Shown here: positions 37,067 through 50,528 of the stretch, piece after piece | Numbering within the stretch: the stretch's first letter is position 1 | Layout: every line of letters starts with the position of its first letter | NCBI GenBank assembly: GCA_049841135.1 | Contig: JASGHK010000008.1 | Coordinates: 403,272-467,271 of the forward strand | Direction: 5' to 3' | DNA length: 64,000 bases | Source: Myxococcales bacterium | Lineage (GTDB): Bacteria; Myxococcota; Myxococcia; Myxococcales; UBA5297 | The notes under the pieces: generated by a model | What the model was told of the DNA's origin: nothing | What the model saw: the letters and a program-made list of their open reading frames with translations, nothing else | Databases searched by the model: none | Translations under genes and position numbers: made by a program

Positions 37067-38501
37067 CTAGGTCCGGGGGGCGCCGCCTTCGCCCTTCGCC
37101 CCTTCTTGGTCGGGGTCGATGCCGTACTCCTTGACCTTGTAGAGCAACGCTCGGTGGCTGATCTCGAGCAGCTCGGCCGCCCGCGTGCGGTTTCCGCGCG
37201 TGCGTTGCAGGGCACGGCGGATGAGGTCCACTTCGAGAGCCCGAGAGGCCTTCTTGATGGAGAGGTCGGCCCCTGGCCCGCTCTGCCCCTCCACGCCGCT
37301 CGCGCCGTCGATCGCGGCGCTGCGCGGAACGATCATCAGGTCCGGGAGCCCGTCGACGGTGATGGTCTCCCCCTCGCAGAGCACCATGGCGCGCTCGACC
37401 GCGTTCTCGAGCTTCGCGGACATTGCCTGGCCAGGCATAGTCGGCCATCAACTGAAGGGCGTCGGGGGCGATGTCCTTGACCCTGCGCCCGAGCCGCACG
37501 TTGTACTTGGCCAAGAAATGGGTCGCGAGCGCCTCGATGTCCCCCTTGCGCTCCCGGAGCGGGGGCAGCTTCAGGTTGAGCACGTTGAGGCGGTAGAAGA
37601 GGTCCTCACGGAAGAGCCCGCGCGCCACCTGCTGCTGCAAGTCGCGCTTGGTCGCCGCCACCACCCGCACGTCGACCTTCTCGCTGCGCGAGTCGCCGAC
37701 ACGGCGAATCTCCTCCTCCTGCAGCACGCGCAGCAGCTTCACCTGCAGCTGCGGGGGCAGCTCACCAACCTCGTCGAGGAACAGCGTCCCGCCGTCGGCC
37801 TCCGCGAACAGGCCCTTCTTGTTGCGCACCGCGTCGGTGAAGGCGCCCCGGACGTGGCCGAACAGCTCGCTCTCCATCAGCTCCCCGGGGATGGCGCCGC
37901 AGTTGACTGGCACGAAGGGCATGCCCGAGCGGGGCGACAACTCATGCAACGCGCGCGCGACCAGCTCCTTGCCGGTTCCGCTCTCGCCGGTGACGAGCAC
38001 GGTCGTCTTTACCAGCGCCACCTTCCGCAGCTGCCGAGCCACGTCCTGCATCGCCGAGCTGTCGCCCACGAGCGACTCGAGCCGGAAAGCCCGGGACAGC
38101 TCCCCTCGCAGGCGTTCGTTCTCGCGCTTGAGCCGCTCGCGCTCCTCGGCCTTGCGCAGGACCAGCACGACCTCGTCGGGCTTGAACGGCTTGCTGATGT
38201 AGTCGTAGGCGCCTTCCTTCATCGCAGCGATGGCGGTGTCGGTGGTGCCATAGGCGCTCATCACCACCACCGTCAGGTCCGGCGTGCGCTTGCGGATCTC
38301 TCGAAGGAGGGCGATCCCGTCCATCTTCGGCATCCGCACGTCGGAGATGACCACGTCGTAGTCCCGGGCCTCGAGCTCCTTGAGCGCCTCCTCGCCTCCC
38401 GGCACCCCGCTCGCCTCGTACCCTCGGTCCTTGAGAATGACCGTGAGCACGTGGCGCATGCTGTCGTCGTCGTCGACGATGAGGACGTTGTGGAAGAGCA
38501 T
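37067..38501 (-). pseudogene. Sigma54-dependent response regulator (NtrC/PilR-like); frameshift near 37414
   Basis: REC domain (LIVDDDDSMRHVL...DVRMPKMDG). AAA+ sigma54 activator domain (GESGTGKELVARALH, GAFTDA, ESELFGH). HTH tail in the 37067..37438 frame. One extra A in gcgaAgctc breaks ...PGNVRELENAVERAMVL.... Confidence 0.7.
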
Positions 38502-38515
38502 GTCGGCCGCAGAGC

Positions 38516-39889
38516 CTAGCTGGAGCCGGCCTGTCTGAACACCAGCGTGAAGACGGCCCCGCCCTCGGTCCGGTTGCCTGCCCGGATCTCCCCGCCAAAG
38601 GTCTCCATGATCCGATGGCAGATGGCCAGCCCGAGGCCGGTCCCCGCCCCCGGCTCCTTGGTCGTGAAGAACGGGTCGAAAACCCTCGGCAGATCCGACG
38701 GTTGAATGCCCGGCCCCGAGTCCGCGAGACTCAGCTCGACCCGGCTGGCGGGGGGAGGATCCGACGCACGGCGTGCGGGCGGCGAGTCCAGGACGACTGC
38801 TCGAATCTCGACCCGCCCCTCACCGTTCATCGCGTCGCCTGCGTTGAGCAACACGTTCACCAGCACCTGGCCGAGGTGGTGTGGCTCGGCGACAACCCCG
38901 AGCGCCTCGGGGAGCTGGACGTCGAAGTCCACGTACTTGAGGCGCTTCTGCACGGAGGCGAGCCGCACCGCCGAGTCCACCGCCTCGCGGAGGCTCACCG
39001 TCCCCAGCGCTCCGTCTTGTGGACCTGGACGGGAAAAATCCAGCAGCTCCCGCACGGTCCGGTCGATTCGGCTCACCTGCTGGTCGATGCGGGTGAGGTA
39101 GTCGACGACCTCCGGCGGAGCCTTGGACTTGGCCAGCTCGAGATAGCCCAGGATGGCGCCGAGCGGATTTCCCACCTCGTGCGCCACCCCGGCGGCGAGA
39201 CGGCCCACCGTCGCCAGCTTCTCCGAGCGCACGAGCGAGTCGCGCGCCTCGCCCAGCTGTCGGTTGAGCCGCTCCAGCTCGGCGATTTGAGCGGTCACCC
39301 GGGCCCGCTCTTCCTTCAGACTGGTCGCCATGCGCTCGAAGGCGCTCCCCAGCCGGCCGAGCGTCGGTACTCCCCCGCCCAGCGGGTCGTCCAGCTCCAG
39401 CCGACCGATGCGGTCGGCAGCGGAGGCCAGCTTGTCCAGCGGCCGGGCGATGAGGCGATTGAGCAGAACCGTGCCGACCACGAACGTCGCCAGGGTGCCC
39501 AGCAGGATGTAGGCGGCCAGGAGCGACGTGGCGCTTCGACGCTCCTGGTGCAGCGCCGCTCGCTCGACCGTGACGGACCCGCCTCCTGGCAACGGGCTCG
39601 CGTTCGCCGCGACCGACGCCGGCAGCGGCGAGATGCCCACCTTCAGCTCCGGCCCCGTTACCTGCACGGCCAGGGAAGCCGGGCAGGTGTCGAGGCCCTG
39701 GTCGCTGCAGGCCGCGCCGACACAACGCGCGACCACCTGGGATGCGAGCGTCAGGTCCCGCCGGCCACGAAGATCGAGCGCACGCTTCAAGACCCCCACA
39801 GAAATGACGATCTCCAGGCCTGCGCCGAAGAGCAGCGCCAATGCGAGCGCCACGGCGATCTGTACGCGCGTTGAATAGCGGGATCCCAT
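38516..39889 (-). CDS. Sensor histidine kinase (HAMP-HisKA-HATPase), PilS-like partner of the adjacent sigma54 regulator
   Basis: AHEVGNPLGAI (H-box) and GTGLGLAICHRIMETFGG (G2 box). N-terminal TM segment. Confidence 0.7.
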   Translation of the reverse strand: MGSRYSTRVQIAVALALALLFGAGLEIVISVGVLKRALDLRGRRDLTLASQVVARCVGAACSDQGLDTCPASLAVQVTGPELKVGISPLPASVAANASPLPGGGSVTVERAALHQERRSATSLLAAYILLGTLATFVVGTVLLNRLIARPLDKLASAADRIGRLELDDPLGGGVPTLGRLGSAFERMATSLKEERARVTAQIAELERLNRQLGEARDSLVRSEKLATVGRLAAGVAHEVGNPLGAILGYLELAKSKAPPEVVDYLTRIDQQVSRIDRTVRELLDFSRPGPQDGALGTVSLREAVDSAVRLASVQKRLKYVDFDVQLPEALGVVAEPHHLGQVLVNVLLNAGDAMNGEGRVEIRAVVLDSPPARRASDPPPASRVELSLADSGPGIQPSDLPRVFDPFFTTKEPGAGTGLGLAICHRIMETFGGEIRAGNRTEGGAVFTLVFRQAGSS

Positions 39890-39931
39890 CCGCCGCCAGT
39901 ATCCACGCCCCGCGCCCGGCCGCCAAACACG

Positions 39932-40724
39932 TCAGGCGAGGTCACGCCTGCGAAAGATGGCCGTGGCGATGACCAACAGGCAGGCGATGTAGCACAGGGC
40001 ATAGCCGACCCCGAATGCCGTCTGCACGGTCAGGACCTCGTGGCCGTAGAGCAAGCGCGGGAGGGGGTCGAGCGTCGCAAAGTCTGGAAGCAGGTAGTAG
40101 AGACCGTTCCCCACCCACCGGGTCATCTCGCTCTCGCTCTTGGACAGGAAGTACTTCACCTCACCGGTGAAGTAGCCAGCCACCGAGAAGCCGAGCGAGG
40201 CGATGAACGAGACCGTCGACGAGGTGAAGGTCGAAAAGAGCACCGCGGCCGCTGCCACCACGGCCACGCGAACAAGGACCATCAACAGCGTCACCGCGTA
40301 GTTGCCCCACGAGAACAGGAAGCCCCCCTCCCAGCGGTAGAGCTGCACCACGGCCGTCGCGGCCACCATCATCAACAGCAGGTTGAGCCAGGCGGTCAAC
40401 ACGACGCCCAGGTACTTGCCGACCACGTACTCCGCCCTGCCGGCCGGCTTGGCCAGGATGGGATAGGCCGTCCGCCGCTCGACCTCTCGCGCGACCGAGC
40501 CCACCCCCAACAGCACCGCCAGCATCATCCCCGCGAACGGAGATGGCGCTCAGCGAGAGGTCGGTGATGATCCGCACGCGGTAGCCGAGACTGAGGTTGG
40601 ACAGCACGACGGAGAGCAGGATGAGGGCGATGGCGAAGAGGACGAGCCCATAGAGGATGCGGTCGCGAATCGCCTCGGAGAGCGTCGCCCGCGCCAGTGC
40701 GAATATGAGACGAATGCGGCTCAT
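39932..40724 (-). pseudogene. ABC-2 family transporter permease; frameshift near 40538
   Basis: MSRIRLIFALARATLSEAIRDRILYGLVLFAI... (40161..40724 frame) joins ...FAGMMLAVLLGVGSVAREVERRTAYPILAKP... (39932..40528 frame) by deleting 1 nt. Confidence 0.55.
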
Positions 40725-40737
40725 GCGTTGCTTGCCT

Positions 40738-41616
40738 TCACCTTGAGTTCACCTTGATTTCGCTGGGCCGCTTCACCTTCCATCGCCGTTCGAGCTTGCG
40801 ACAGGTGACCTCGCCCGTCGCCGGGTCGTACTCGAACTCGGACGAATCGTGAAGGAGCAGCCCAAAGAGCCGGGAGTCCAACTCGGCGAAGCCCCATGGC
40901 AGCCCGCCGCGGATCCTTTGGAACTCCGCCACGGCCTTCTCAAGCAACTGCACGTCTCGCTCGTATCGGAACTGCACGACCTTGTGCTCGAGGTCCGCGC
41001 GCGTCTTCTCGTCTGGCGCCTGCTCGAGCATCGCCTGCACGAATTGGATGGCGCTGTCGACGTTGCCGGCGGTGGCCAGCAGGCGTCCGACGAGGACAGG
41101 CAACCACTCCGGGCGGCCTGGGACCGCGACCGCCAGCTTCAGGTACTTGGCTCCTCGCTCGTAGTCCTGAAGCTCGTACCAGTAGTTGAACGCCAGGTTG
41201 AACGGGATCTCCCAGCGAGGGACGTTGTTCTCGACCCCCTTGAGCAGGAGCTCGTTGGCTTCCTCGAACCTCTTCTTCGAGGAGATGACCATCGCCGGAG
41301 CGAGGTAGGCGTAGCCATACTCCGGGTCGAGGTCGGTAATCAGGTTGGCGAGGGGAAAGAGGTGCGGCTGAGGGCCCTGGACTCCGCCGATGTACTGAAC
41401 GAGCTTGAGCCAGTAGAAGTCTGCGAGCGTCGTCGGCTGCCCGAGCGAGAAGTGTCTCAGAAACGTCCCGTTCGGCAGGTAGAGGACGGAGTCGCCACTG
41501 TCCGAGGGGCTGGCTGAGGCAGCGCTGGCGTGGAGGCGGTGAGTCGCAGCTCCAAGCCCGATGATCGCGATGAGGGAGAAGAGGTGGGCTCGCAACATCG
41601 CGACGCACACTAACAC
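40738..41616 (-). CDS. Secreted hypothetical protein encoded upstream of the ABC-2 permease
   Basis: Signal peptide. 292-aa ORF with helical-repeat character. I recognise no domain. Confidence 0.4.
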   Translation of the reverse strand: MLVCVAMLRAHLFSLIAIIGLGAATHRLHASAASASPSDSGDSVLYLPNGTFLRHFSLGQPTTLADFYWLKLVQYIGGVQGPQPHLFPLANLITDLDPEYGYAYLAPAMVISSKKRFEEANELLLKGVENNVPRWEIPFNLAFNYWYELQDYERGAKYLKLAVAVPGRPEWLPVLVGRLLATAGNVDSAIQFVQAMLEQAPDEKTRADLEHKVVQFRYERDVQLLEKAVAEFQRIRGGLPWGFAELDSRLFGLLLHDSSEFEYDPATGEVTCRKLERRWKVKRPSEIKVNSR

Positions 41617-41635
41617 AGCCCTCGAGGGGCTGGGG

Positions 41636-42151
41636 CTAGTAGGTGTCCAGGCCGGTGACTTGAACGACCTGCTCGCGGTACTGGGGCAGGATGACGATTC
41701 CGAAGGGCGGGTCGGCGGCGTTGCCTTCAGTGTCTGGGTGGACGTTGCCCCACTGCTGGTAGGTCCCGTCCCCGTCGATGTCGCCGACCGCGCCCAACGA
41801 GAAGGCAGACTGGTAGGAAGGATCCACCACCGCTTGGTACCGGAAGTAGACCTGGCCCTCGGGCCGATAGCCCATCGACTCGAACGCTCCCGATGGGTCC
41901 GACCACGCGACCTTGGCGTTGATGGGGTCAGAAGGGGGGGACTGGTCGCAGGAGAGGAACCGGTCTGCGCTCGAGAAGTAGCTGAACTCGGCGGTCTGGA
42001 TCGACTTGAGGTTTGGTGCCGCCTCCGCCGAGCGCGACCGGTACTGGTACTTGAGGAACATCGGGATGGCGATAGCCGCTAGGATCCCGATGATCGCAAC
42101 GACGATCATCAACTCGATGAGCGTGAAGCCATCTCGCTGACGGGTGGCCAT
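41636..42151 (-). CDS. pilA: Type IV pilin (prepilin N-terminal methylation motif)
   Basis: [23 protein letters not shown] class III signal. Confidence 0.8.
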   Translation of the reverse strand: MATRQRDGFTLIELMIVVAIIGILAAIAIPMFLKYQYRSRSAEAAPNLKSIQTAEFSYFSSADRFLSCDQSPPSDPINAKVAWSDPSGAFESMGYRPEGQVYFRYQAVVDPSYQSAFSLGAVGDIDGDGTYQQWGNVHPDTEGNAADPPFGIVILPQYREQVVQVTGLDTY

Positions 42152-42159
42152 AACCTTGC

Positions 42160-42200
42160 CGAGGAAGGAAAGGCACGGGCGCCGTGAAGCACCCGTGCCT
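42160..42200 (-). terminator. Hairpin (terminator/attenuator-like) between the two pilin genes
   Basis: ggcacgggcgccgtgaagcacccgtgcc is an imperfect inverted repeat located just downstream of the first pilin's stop. It is followed on the minus strand by cctttcc... No strong T-tract. Confidence 0.35.
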
Positions 42201-42217
42201 TTCGATTGATTTCGAAC

Positions 42218-42754
42218 TTAGTACACGTCGTCCTGACGAGAAGTGACGCCATCGTTCATGAGGAGCGTGTCCTTCTTGCTGAGCACGCTGCTCGCGGCGC
42301 AGCTGTCGCCAAGGCCGTTGATGCAGCTGCCGGCGTTGTTGGCCTTGCAGTACGCCCAGCAGGAGTAGCTCTGGTCGCCGTCGACGTCGCCCATGGCGTG
42401 CGCGGTGAACTGGTCGGAGTCGGCCGCCTCGACCTGGTACACGAAGAAGACCGAGCCCTCAGGACGCCAGGCCAGGGTGTCGAAGTAGTCGCAGGAGTTG
42501 ACCGCGCACCAGGAGGACTTCTGGTTGGTGGGCGTGCCGCGGGGCTGAGCAGCGGCGACGACGAACGTGTCGCGCGAGCCCTGGTACGAGATCTCGGCGG
42601 TGCGGATGGCCGCGACGTTGACCGAGCCCTCGGAGCGCTTCGACCGCAGCTGGTACTTGATGAAGTTCGGGATGGCGATGGCAGCCAGGATTCCGATGAT
42701 GGCCACGACGATCATCAGCTCGATGAGGGTAAAGCCGCGAATCAGCTTCTTCAT
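42218..42754 (-). CDS. pilA: Type IV major pilin PilA
   Basis: [31 protein letters not shown] with a Cys-rich C-terminal D-region. GGAGGAAG RBS 8 nt upstream of the ATG at 42752-42754. Confidence 0.85.
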   Translation of the reverse strand: MKKLIRGFTLIELMIVVAIIGILAAIAIPNFIKYQLRSKRSEGSVNVAAIRTAEISYQGSRDTFVVAAAQPRGTPTNQKSSWCAVNSCDYFDTLAWRPEGSVFFVYQVEAADSDQFTAHAMGDVDGDQSYSCWAYCKANNAGSCINGLGDSCAASSVLSKKDTLLMNDGVTSRQDDVY

Positions 42755-42862
42755 TTGTCTTCCTCCTGAAATCCCCGCTTGTTCGGCTTCTCCGAGGCGT
42801 CCCTGCTCCCTCCACCATTGAAGGGGGCTTGGATGACCAACCGCGGACCGGTCGGAAGCGTT

Positions 42863-42878
42863 AGCAACGCGCATGCCG
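42863..42878 (-). promoter_or_regulatory. Putative sigma54 (-24/-12) promoter for pilA
   Basis: The minus strand reads cGGCATgcgcgTTGCT against the consensus TGGCAC-N5-TTGCA, with correct GG-GC spacing. It lies about 110 nt upstream of pilA, consistent with a PilR-type activator nearby. Confidence 0.4.
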
Positions 42879-43055
42879 GGTGGCCCCTTATACGTGAGCG
42901 CGCTAGGTGCCCGCAAATTCTCGGGACCTACCTCGAGCGCCAATGTGCCACCTGTGACAAAAAACGTCAGCGAGGGTGCCCTCGACTGCCGGAACACGTC
43001 GCTTGCCCCGCTTCGAACACAGCCTAGAATCCTTGGCCGCGTGGAGGTTCGTGAC

Positions 43056-44015
<960 letters not shown>

Positions 44016-44038
44016 AGCACCTCGCCCAGCCCACTCCC

Positions 44039-45903
44039 ATGGCGTACGTCGACCTCGTCTGGAGCCTCACCGTCCCCGCGCTCGCCCTCATCGGCTGGCC
44101 GGCGGTCGCGCTCTTCAGACGACGCTTCGCGCTCGATGGCCGCACGGCGGTCGCTGCGTCCTTCGCGGTCGCCCTCCTGTTTTGCCAGGCAGGAGCGATG
44201 CTGCTCGGGTTCCTCGGGCTGCTGCGCGCCTGGGCGGTGATCGCCTGGACCGCCACAGGATTCGTCCTGGCCAGCGGCATCGCTTGGCGTACTCGCAAGG
44301 CACCCGCGCTGCCAGCGCCACCGCTGCGCTTCGACCTTGCCGCCGGCGCGACCATGCTGCTCTTCGTCCCGTACCTGCTCGCCGCCACCGTCCCGCCCTG
44401 GTATCGCGACGAGCTCGTCTATCACCTCGCGCTTCCCAGGCTCTTTGCGATGGCGGGCGGCTTCGTCGTCACCGACGACAACATGTACGCCTCGATGCCC
44501 TTGGGCTGGGAGTCTCTCCTGGCCGCACTGCACGCGCTCGGCGCGGCGCCGGATCGCTTCCCTCCATTCAATCCCCGGGCCTTCGGCGCTTGGACCACCT
44601 TCGCCGCTTCGCTCTCCTGTGTGGGGCTCGCCAGGGCTACCGGCGTGGGCGAGCGTCTCGCTCGCTGGACCCCCGTCCTCTTCCTGCTCACGCCGACCGT
44701 CTTCGAGTTCGGATCCAGCGCCTACGTCGAGCCCTATCTCCTGCTCCTCACCACGCTGGCGCTCACGGCGGTGCTGCGCTCGGAGGAGGGCGACGCCTTC
44801 CTCCCCCTCGCCGGGGCCTTTGCGGGCGCCGCCTGTTCGGTGAAGTACCCTGCCCTGGCGTTGGCGCTGTTCTGCGCAATCGTCCTGCTCATGGCCAGGG
44901 CCCGCGTGTCCGGGCGGTTTTCCGGTTATCGCGCGCTGGGGCTCTTCTGCCTGGCCGCCGCGCCCTTCGCCCTCCCCTTCCTCGTCCGCAACCTCGTCGA
45001 GCGCGGCAACCCGGTCTTCCCCTTCTTCTTCGACGCCTTCGGCGGCCGCGGCTGGGACGAGTGGCGGTCGTGGGGCTATTCGACGTTCCTGTCTCGCTTC
45101 GGGGCCGGCCACACCCTCGCCGACTGGCTCGCACTGCCTTGGCGCACCTTCACCTGGCGCGACCTGAGCTCGGGGTTCGAAGGTTCTCTCGGCCCCGTCC
45201 CGGGACTGGGCGCCCTGGCCTCGGGCTTCTGGGCCTTGAGGGCACGAGGCCCTGCTCGCGTCACTGCAGTCTTCGCGCTCGTATGGGCGGTCTTCTGGGC
45301 ACTCTCGACGCAGCAGCTGCGGTTCTTCCTCGTAGCGGTCCCTGCTCTGCTCGCCCTCCTCCTCCTCACCCTCGAGAAGCTCCGGCGGCAGCCGCTGTTC
45401 CTGGCTCTCGTCATCGCCGGGGCGGCCGTCTGGACCCTGCCGCCGGCGGCGCAGGTCTGGAACCGGCAGCGCACGACCGAATGGCTGGCGGGCCGCATTG
45501 ACCGCAAGGCCTTGCTCGACGAGCAAGTCTTCATGCACCGGATCGAGCCGGACCTGGAGGCGCTCGTGCCGCCGGAGGGCCGAATTTGGCTCGTCTGGAT
45601 GAGCAACCACACCTACTACCTGCGCCGGGACTCCAAGCAGGACTCGGTGTTCGAGGCCTACCGTCTCGAGGCATTGCTCGACGAGGCCGGCGACGACGCC
45701 ACGCTCTTGCGCTCCTTGCGCTCCGAGCGCATCTCGCACCTGCTCGTCGACGGCGGTCTGTTCCTCAACGGCGACAACGCGGACCTATGGCCGGGGCGGA
45801 CGGCGAAGCTGCGGACGCGGTTCGACGCGCTCGTCGCCTCGGGAGCACTTTCGCCGCTGCGCCGCTGGGGCCGCGCGACGCTCTACGAGGTCTCTCGCCG
45901 CGA

Positions 45904-45907
<4 letters not shown>
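44039..45907 (+). CDS. GT-C-fold integral membrane glycosyltransferase-like protein (ArnT/PMT-like) with C-terminal soluble domain
   Basis: 622 aa with 11 or more predicted TM helices followed by a roughly 200-aa hydrophilic C-terminal domain. The call rests on architecture only, with no clear motif match. Confidence 0.45.
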
Positions 45908-47501
<1,594 letters not shown>

Positions 47502-47576
47502 TCACCGTTCCCCGTCGGTCCCAGCCCGTCCAGAGCGCCCTTTCCAGGCCCCTGCGCCTGGCGCTATCGTGGGCCC

Positions 47577-48428
47577 GTGGAGCGCGACGAACTCCTCGCC
47601 TTGAGCCTCGCAGAGCTGCGCGAGCGCTTCCTCGACCAAGATAGGGCCGTGCCCGAGCCGCTGCTCGAGGCGCTGCGGGCCGACTCGCGCCGTGGCGCCC
47701 AGGATCTCGCCCGGCGCATCGAGGCCAAGCGCCAGAAGAACCGAGCCGAAGGACAGCGCCTTCGCCACCTGCTCAAGTTCGAGACGGACCTCTGGGACAA
47801 GGGGGTCCGGCTGGTCGCCGGAGTGGACGAAGCGGGGGCAGGTCCTCTCGCCGGCCCGGTCGTCGCCGGAGCGTGCATCCTTCCCCAGGACTTCCGCCCC
47901 GTCGGTATCGACGACTCCAAGAAGCTCGACGGAAAAGCCCGCGACGAACTCGAGGCCCAGATCAAGCAAGGCGCGATCGCCTGGGCGGTCGCCCAATCGG
48001 AGGTCGAGGAGATAGACCAGCTGAACATCTACCGAGCCTCCTTGCTCGCCATGCGCCGGGCGGTCGAAGCCTTGTCGCAAAAGCCGGATTACCTGCTGGT
48101 GGACGCGCGGACGGTCCCCGAGACCTCCATTCCCCAGCGGGGGATCGTCCACGGCGACGCGCTCTCGATGAGCATCGCGGCCGCGAGCATCCTGGCGAAG
48201 ACCGCTCGCGACCGCCTGATGGAGGCGATGGGGCGCACGTACCCGGGCTACGGCTTCGAGCTCCACAAGGGCTATGGCACTCCCGAGCACTCGGAGGCGC
48301 TCAAGCGCCTGGGCGCCTGCCCCATCCACCGGCGCAGCTTCGCCCCGGTTCGAGAAGTGCTGGGCATCGGCCCTGCCCAGGGAGAGCTGTTCGGCGCCTC
48401 ACCCGCCAAGGCGAGAAGGAGCCCTTGA
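47577..48428 (+). CDS. rnhB: Ribonuclease HII with N-terminal extension
   Basis: [24 protein letters not shown] and DDSKKL...[15 protein letters not shown] catalytic motifs. GTG start proposed at 47577. Confidence 0.8.
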   Translation: MERDELLALSLAELRERFLDQDRAVPEPLLEALRADSRRGAQDLARRIEAKRQKNRAEGQRLRHLLKFETDLWDKGVRLVAGVDEAGAGPLAGPVVAGACILPQDFRPVGIDDSKKLDGKARDELEAQIKQGAIAWAVAQSEVEEIDQLNIYRASLLAMRRAVEALSQKPDYLLVDARTVPETSIPQRGIVHGDALSMSIAAASILAKTARDRLMEAMGRTYPGYGFELHKGYGTPEHSEALKRLGACPIHRRSFAPVREVLGIGPAQGELFGASPAKARRSP

Positions 48429-49064
48429 GCGCGGACCGCGAGATCGGCGAGGTGCTCTCCGAGTTGGGATTCGCCGACCCCGCCGCCATGAAGGCAGCCC
48501 GCTTGGCGCTCGAAGCGGACGGGCTCGCCCATCCAGGCAAGTCCCGCATCAGCGAAGGGAAGCTTGCGAGGGTCCGCGCGCTCCTCGACACTCGGTTTGG
48601 CCGGGTGTGCAGCGACCCGACCTGCCGGTCGGCGCTCGCCCGACAGAAGCCCTCGGCCACCCTCCTCCCGGTCCCCAAGACCGCCTGCGAGTTCTGCGGC
48701 GGCTCCGACAATCGCAAGGAAATGCGCAGGCTTGCGGCCCTCTGCCGCGCCCGCGGCATTCAGCGGATCGTCGTGGTCGGCGGCTCGCCCTCGGTTCGGG
48801 AGAGGCTGCGTCGCCCTCAAGCCCGCGGAGTGGGAGCTGCGTCTCGTCGAAGGGACGGAGCGACGGACCCTGGACAAGGCGCGTGCGGATTTGGAGTGGG
48901 CGCAGATGGTCTTCGTCTGGGGCTCGAGCGAGCTGGACCACAAAGTCTCCAGACTCTACACAGACACCTCGAGCCCTTTCCGTCGTAAATTGGTGCTGGT
49001 GGCACGTCGCGGTATCGCCGCCCTGCTCAACGCTGGATCGGAACACGTCGAGAGGACGCCATGA
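48425..49064 (+). pseudogene. Hypothetical Cys-containing protein; frameshift near 48810
   Basis: TTG start overlaps the rnhB TGA. ...CEFCGGSDNRKEMRRL...RIVVVGGSPSVRERLR shifts by 1 nt into ALKPAEWELRLVEG...SEHVERTP (48564..49064 frame). Confidence 0.4.
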
Positions 49065-49429
49065 ACGAACCGAACGGCTACCCCAACAAGCGCCGCTTCC
49101 CGCGGCTGGCTGTCGCCGTCAAGGTGGAAGGCTTCTGGTGGGACCTGGAAGGCGGGCGGCGCAAGCTCAACGCTTTGATGACCATGGTCTCCGAGGGCGG
49201 CGTGCAGCTGCGCTCGAGCGAGCCCATCCCCGCAAACGCGCGCGTCGAGTTCGCGGTCAAGCTCGGCACCTTGCGCAAGTTCGATGTGAAGGGGCTCGTT
49301 CGCTGGTGGCGCCGCAACGGCGAGATCCGCGACCTGGGCGTCGAGTTCGAGGAGCCGGTGCGCCGCCTCGGAGCCTTCGTCGAGAAGGAGCTGGTCCCCG
49401 GCGCCATCAAGAGCGAATCGGCCGCCTAG
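49061..49429 (+). CDS. PilZ domain protein
   Basis: KRRFPRLAVAVKVEGFW...GGVQLRSSEPIP is an RxxxR...D/NxSxxG-like PilZ signature. ATG overlaps the upstream TGA. Confidence 0.65.
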   Translation: MNEPNGYPNKRRFPRLAVAVKVEGFWWDLEGGRRKLNALMTMVSEGGVQLRSSEPIPANARVEFAVKLGTLRKFDVKGLVRWWRRNGEIRDLGVEFEEPVRRLGAFVEKELVPGAIKSESAA

Positions 49430-49439
49430 CAGCGGCAGC

Positions 49440-49754
49440 TCACGGCGCCCGCCCCAAGCACCCCTGGACGACCACCGCGCCCGCGGTCGCGGAGCAGCGC
49501 ACCGTCCGGCCCACGCACGCGCCCGCCTGACGCAGCGCGCTCCCTTCGTCGGCGACCTCGGAGGCGACCCGCACCGTCCTCAGGTCCTGCGCGGCCAACC
49601 TCTGCCCAGGCACGACGTCCCGAGCGAAGGCGACCACCTCCACCCGGCCGGCGAGCGCCTGACGCCATTCCAGAAAGACCGGGACCGCGCGGCCCGATAC
49701 CCAGGCCGCCCCGGCGATGGTGCCGTACAGGACCGATTTGGCGAGTAGGCCCAT
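49440..49754 (-). CDS. SAF-domain protein (FlgA/CpaB-like), small
   Basis: 104 aa. VEVVAFARDVVPGQRLAAQDLRTVRV...GRTVRCSATAGAVV is SAF/AFP-like. Confidence 0.45.
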   Translation of the reverse strand: MGLLAKSVLYGTIAGAAWVSGRAVPVFLEWRQALAGRVEVVAFARDVVPGQRLAAQDLRTVRVASEVADEGSALRQAGACVGRTVRCSATAGAVVVQGCLGRAP

Positions 49755-49756
49755 GG

Positions 49757-50119
49757 CTAGTCCCGGCTCCAGTCGTCGGGTCGCTCGCTTTGCAAGCACT
49801 CGACGGCGCCCTCGACCAGCATCGGCTGCACCAGGTCCCCTCGGACCACGTCGGCCAGGACCCGGCGCTCGGCGACGCACTCCGCGCGCCAGGTGGGGAT
49901 GGTCGCCGGGCTCTCCACGGGGAGCCACTCCGAGGTGAGGCTCTCGGGATCGATGCGCCCTCCCCTGGCGATATCGCGGTCGAAGCGGAGCCGCTGCTCC
50001 CGGTGGGCCGTCCTCCGGAGGAAGCTCTTCAGGCCCTTCACCGTCAACGCCGCGGAGCCGCCCGCGGAGACCACGAAGAGGACGATGGCCACGAGGATGC
50101 GCAGAGCCTTGCGGAACAT
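49757..50119 (-). CDS. Membrane-anchored SAF-domain protein (FlgA/CpaB-like), small
   Basis: N-terminal TM segment (ILVAIVLFVVSAGG), then RFDRDIARGGRIDPESL...VLADVVRGDLVQPMLV. Confidence 0.4.
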   Translation of the reverse strand: MFRKALRILVAIVLFVVSAGGSAALTVKGLKSFLRRTAHREQRLRFDRDIARGGRIDPESLTSEWLPVESPATIPTWRAECVAERRVLADVVRGDLVQPMLVEGAVECLQSERPDDWSRD

Positions 50120-50165
50120 GGCGGCTGGCGTCCCAAGAGAGGTCGAAGCGGCGGGTGAGACGGGA

Positions 50166-50465
50166 TCAGCTGGCGTTGCGGCCGAGGGCGGGGATTTGGA
50201 GGATGCGCTCGCGGATCTCGTCGAGCAGGACCAGCGCATCCTCGATCTGCGGCATCGCGCCGTCCCGGAGCAGGGCGTCGACCTTTTCCAGCAGCTGCCG
50301 GATGCCTTCCAGCTCCTTGCGCTGGAGGGCCTCGGAGTACTTGTCCACGAGGTGCCGCGTCATGATGAACGCAGCCTGAGCGTTTCCCCGCTGGTGCTCC
50401 AGTTTCGAGACCTCACTCTTGCTGGAGCTGCCGTTCGACAGTGCCATGAGCCCGATTTTTACCAC
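50166..50465 (-). CDS. Hypothetical small protein downstream of anti-sigma factor
   Basis: 99-aa helical ORF. No confident family assignment. Possibly an FlgM-like regulator. Confidence 0.3.
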   Translation of the reverse strand: MVKIGLMALSNGSSSKSEVSKLEHQRGNAQAAFIMTRHLVDKYSEALQRKELEGIRQLLEKVDALLRDGAMPQIEDALVLLDEIRERILQIPALGRNAS

Positions 50466-50528
50466 GAAGCGCGCACCATTGCCCGCCCTCCTTTAGGTGG
50501 CAGTGCGTGGGGTGGTCCGTTCTGGCGG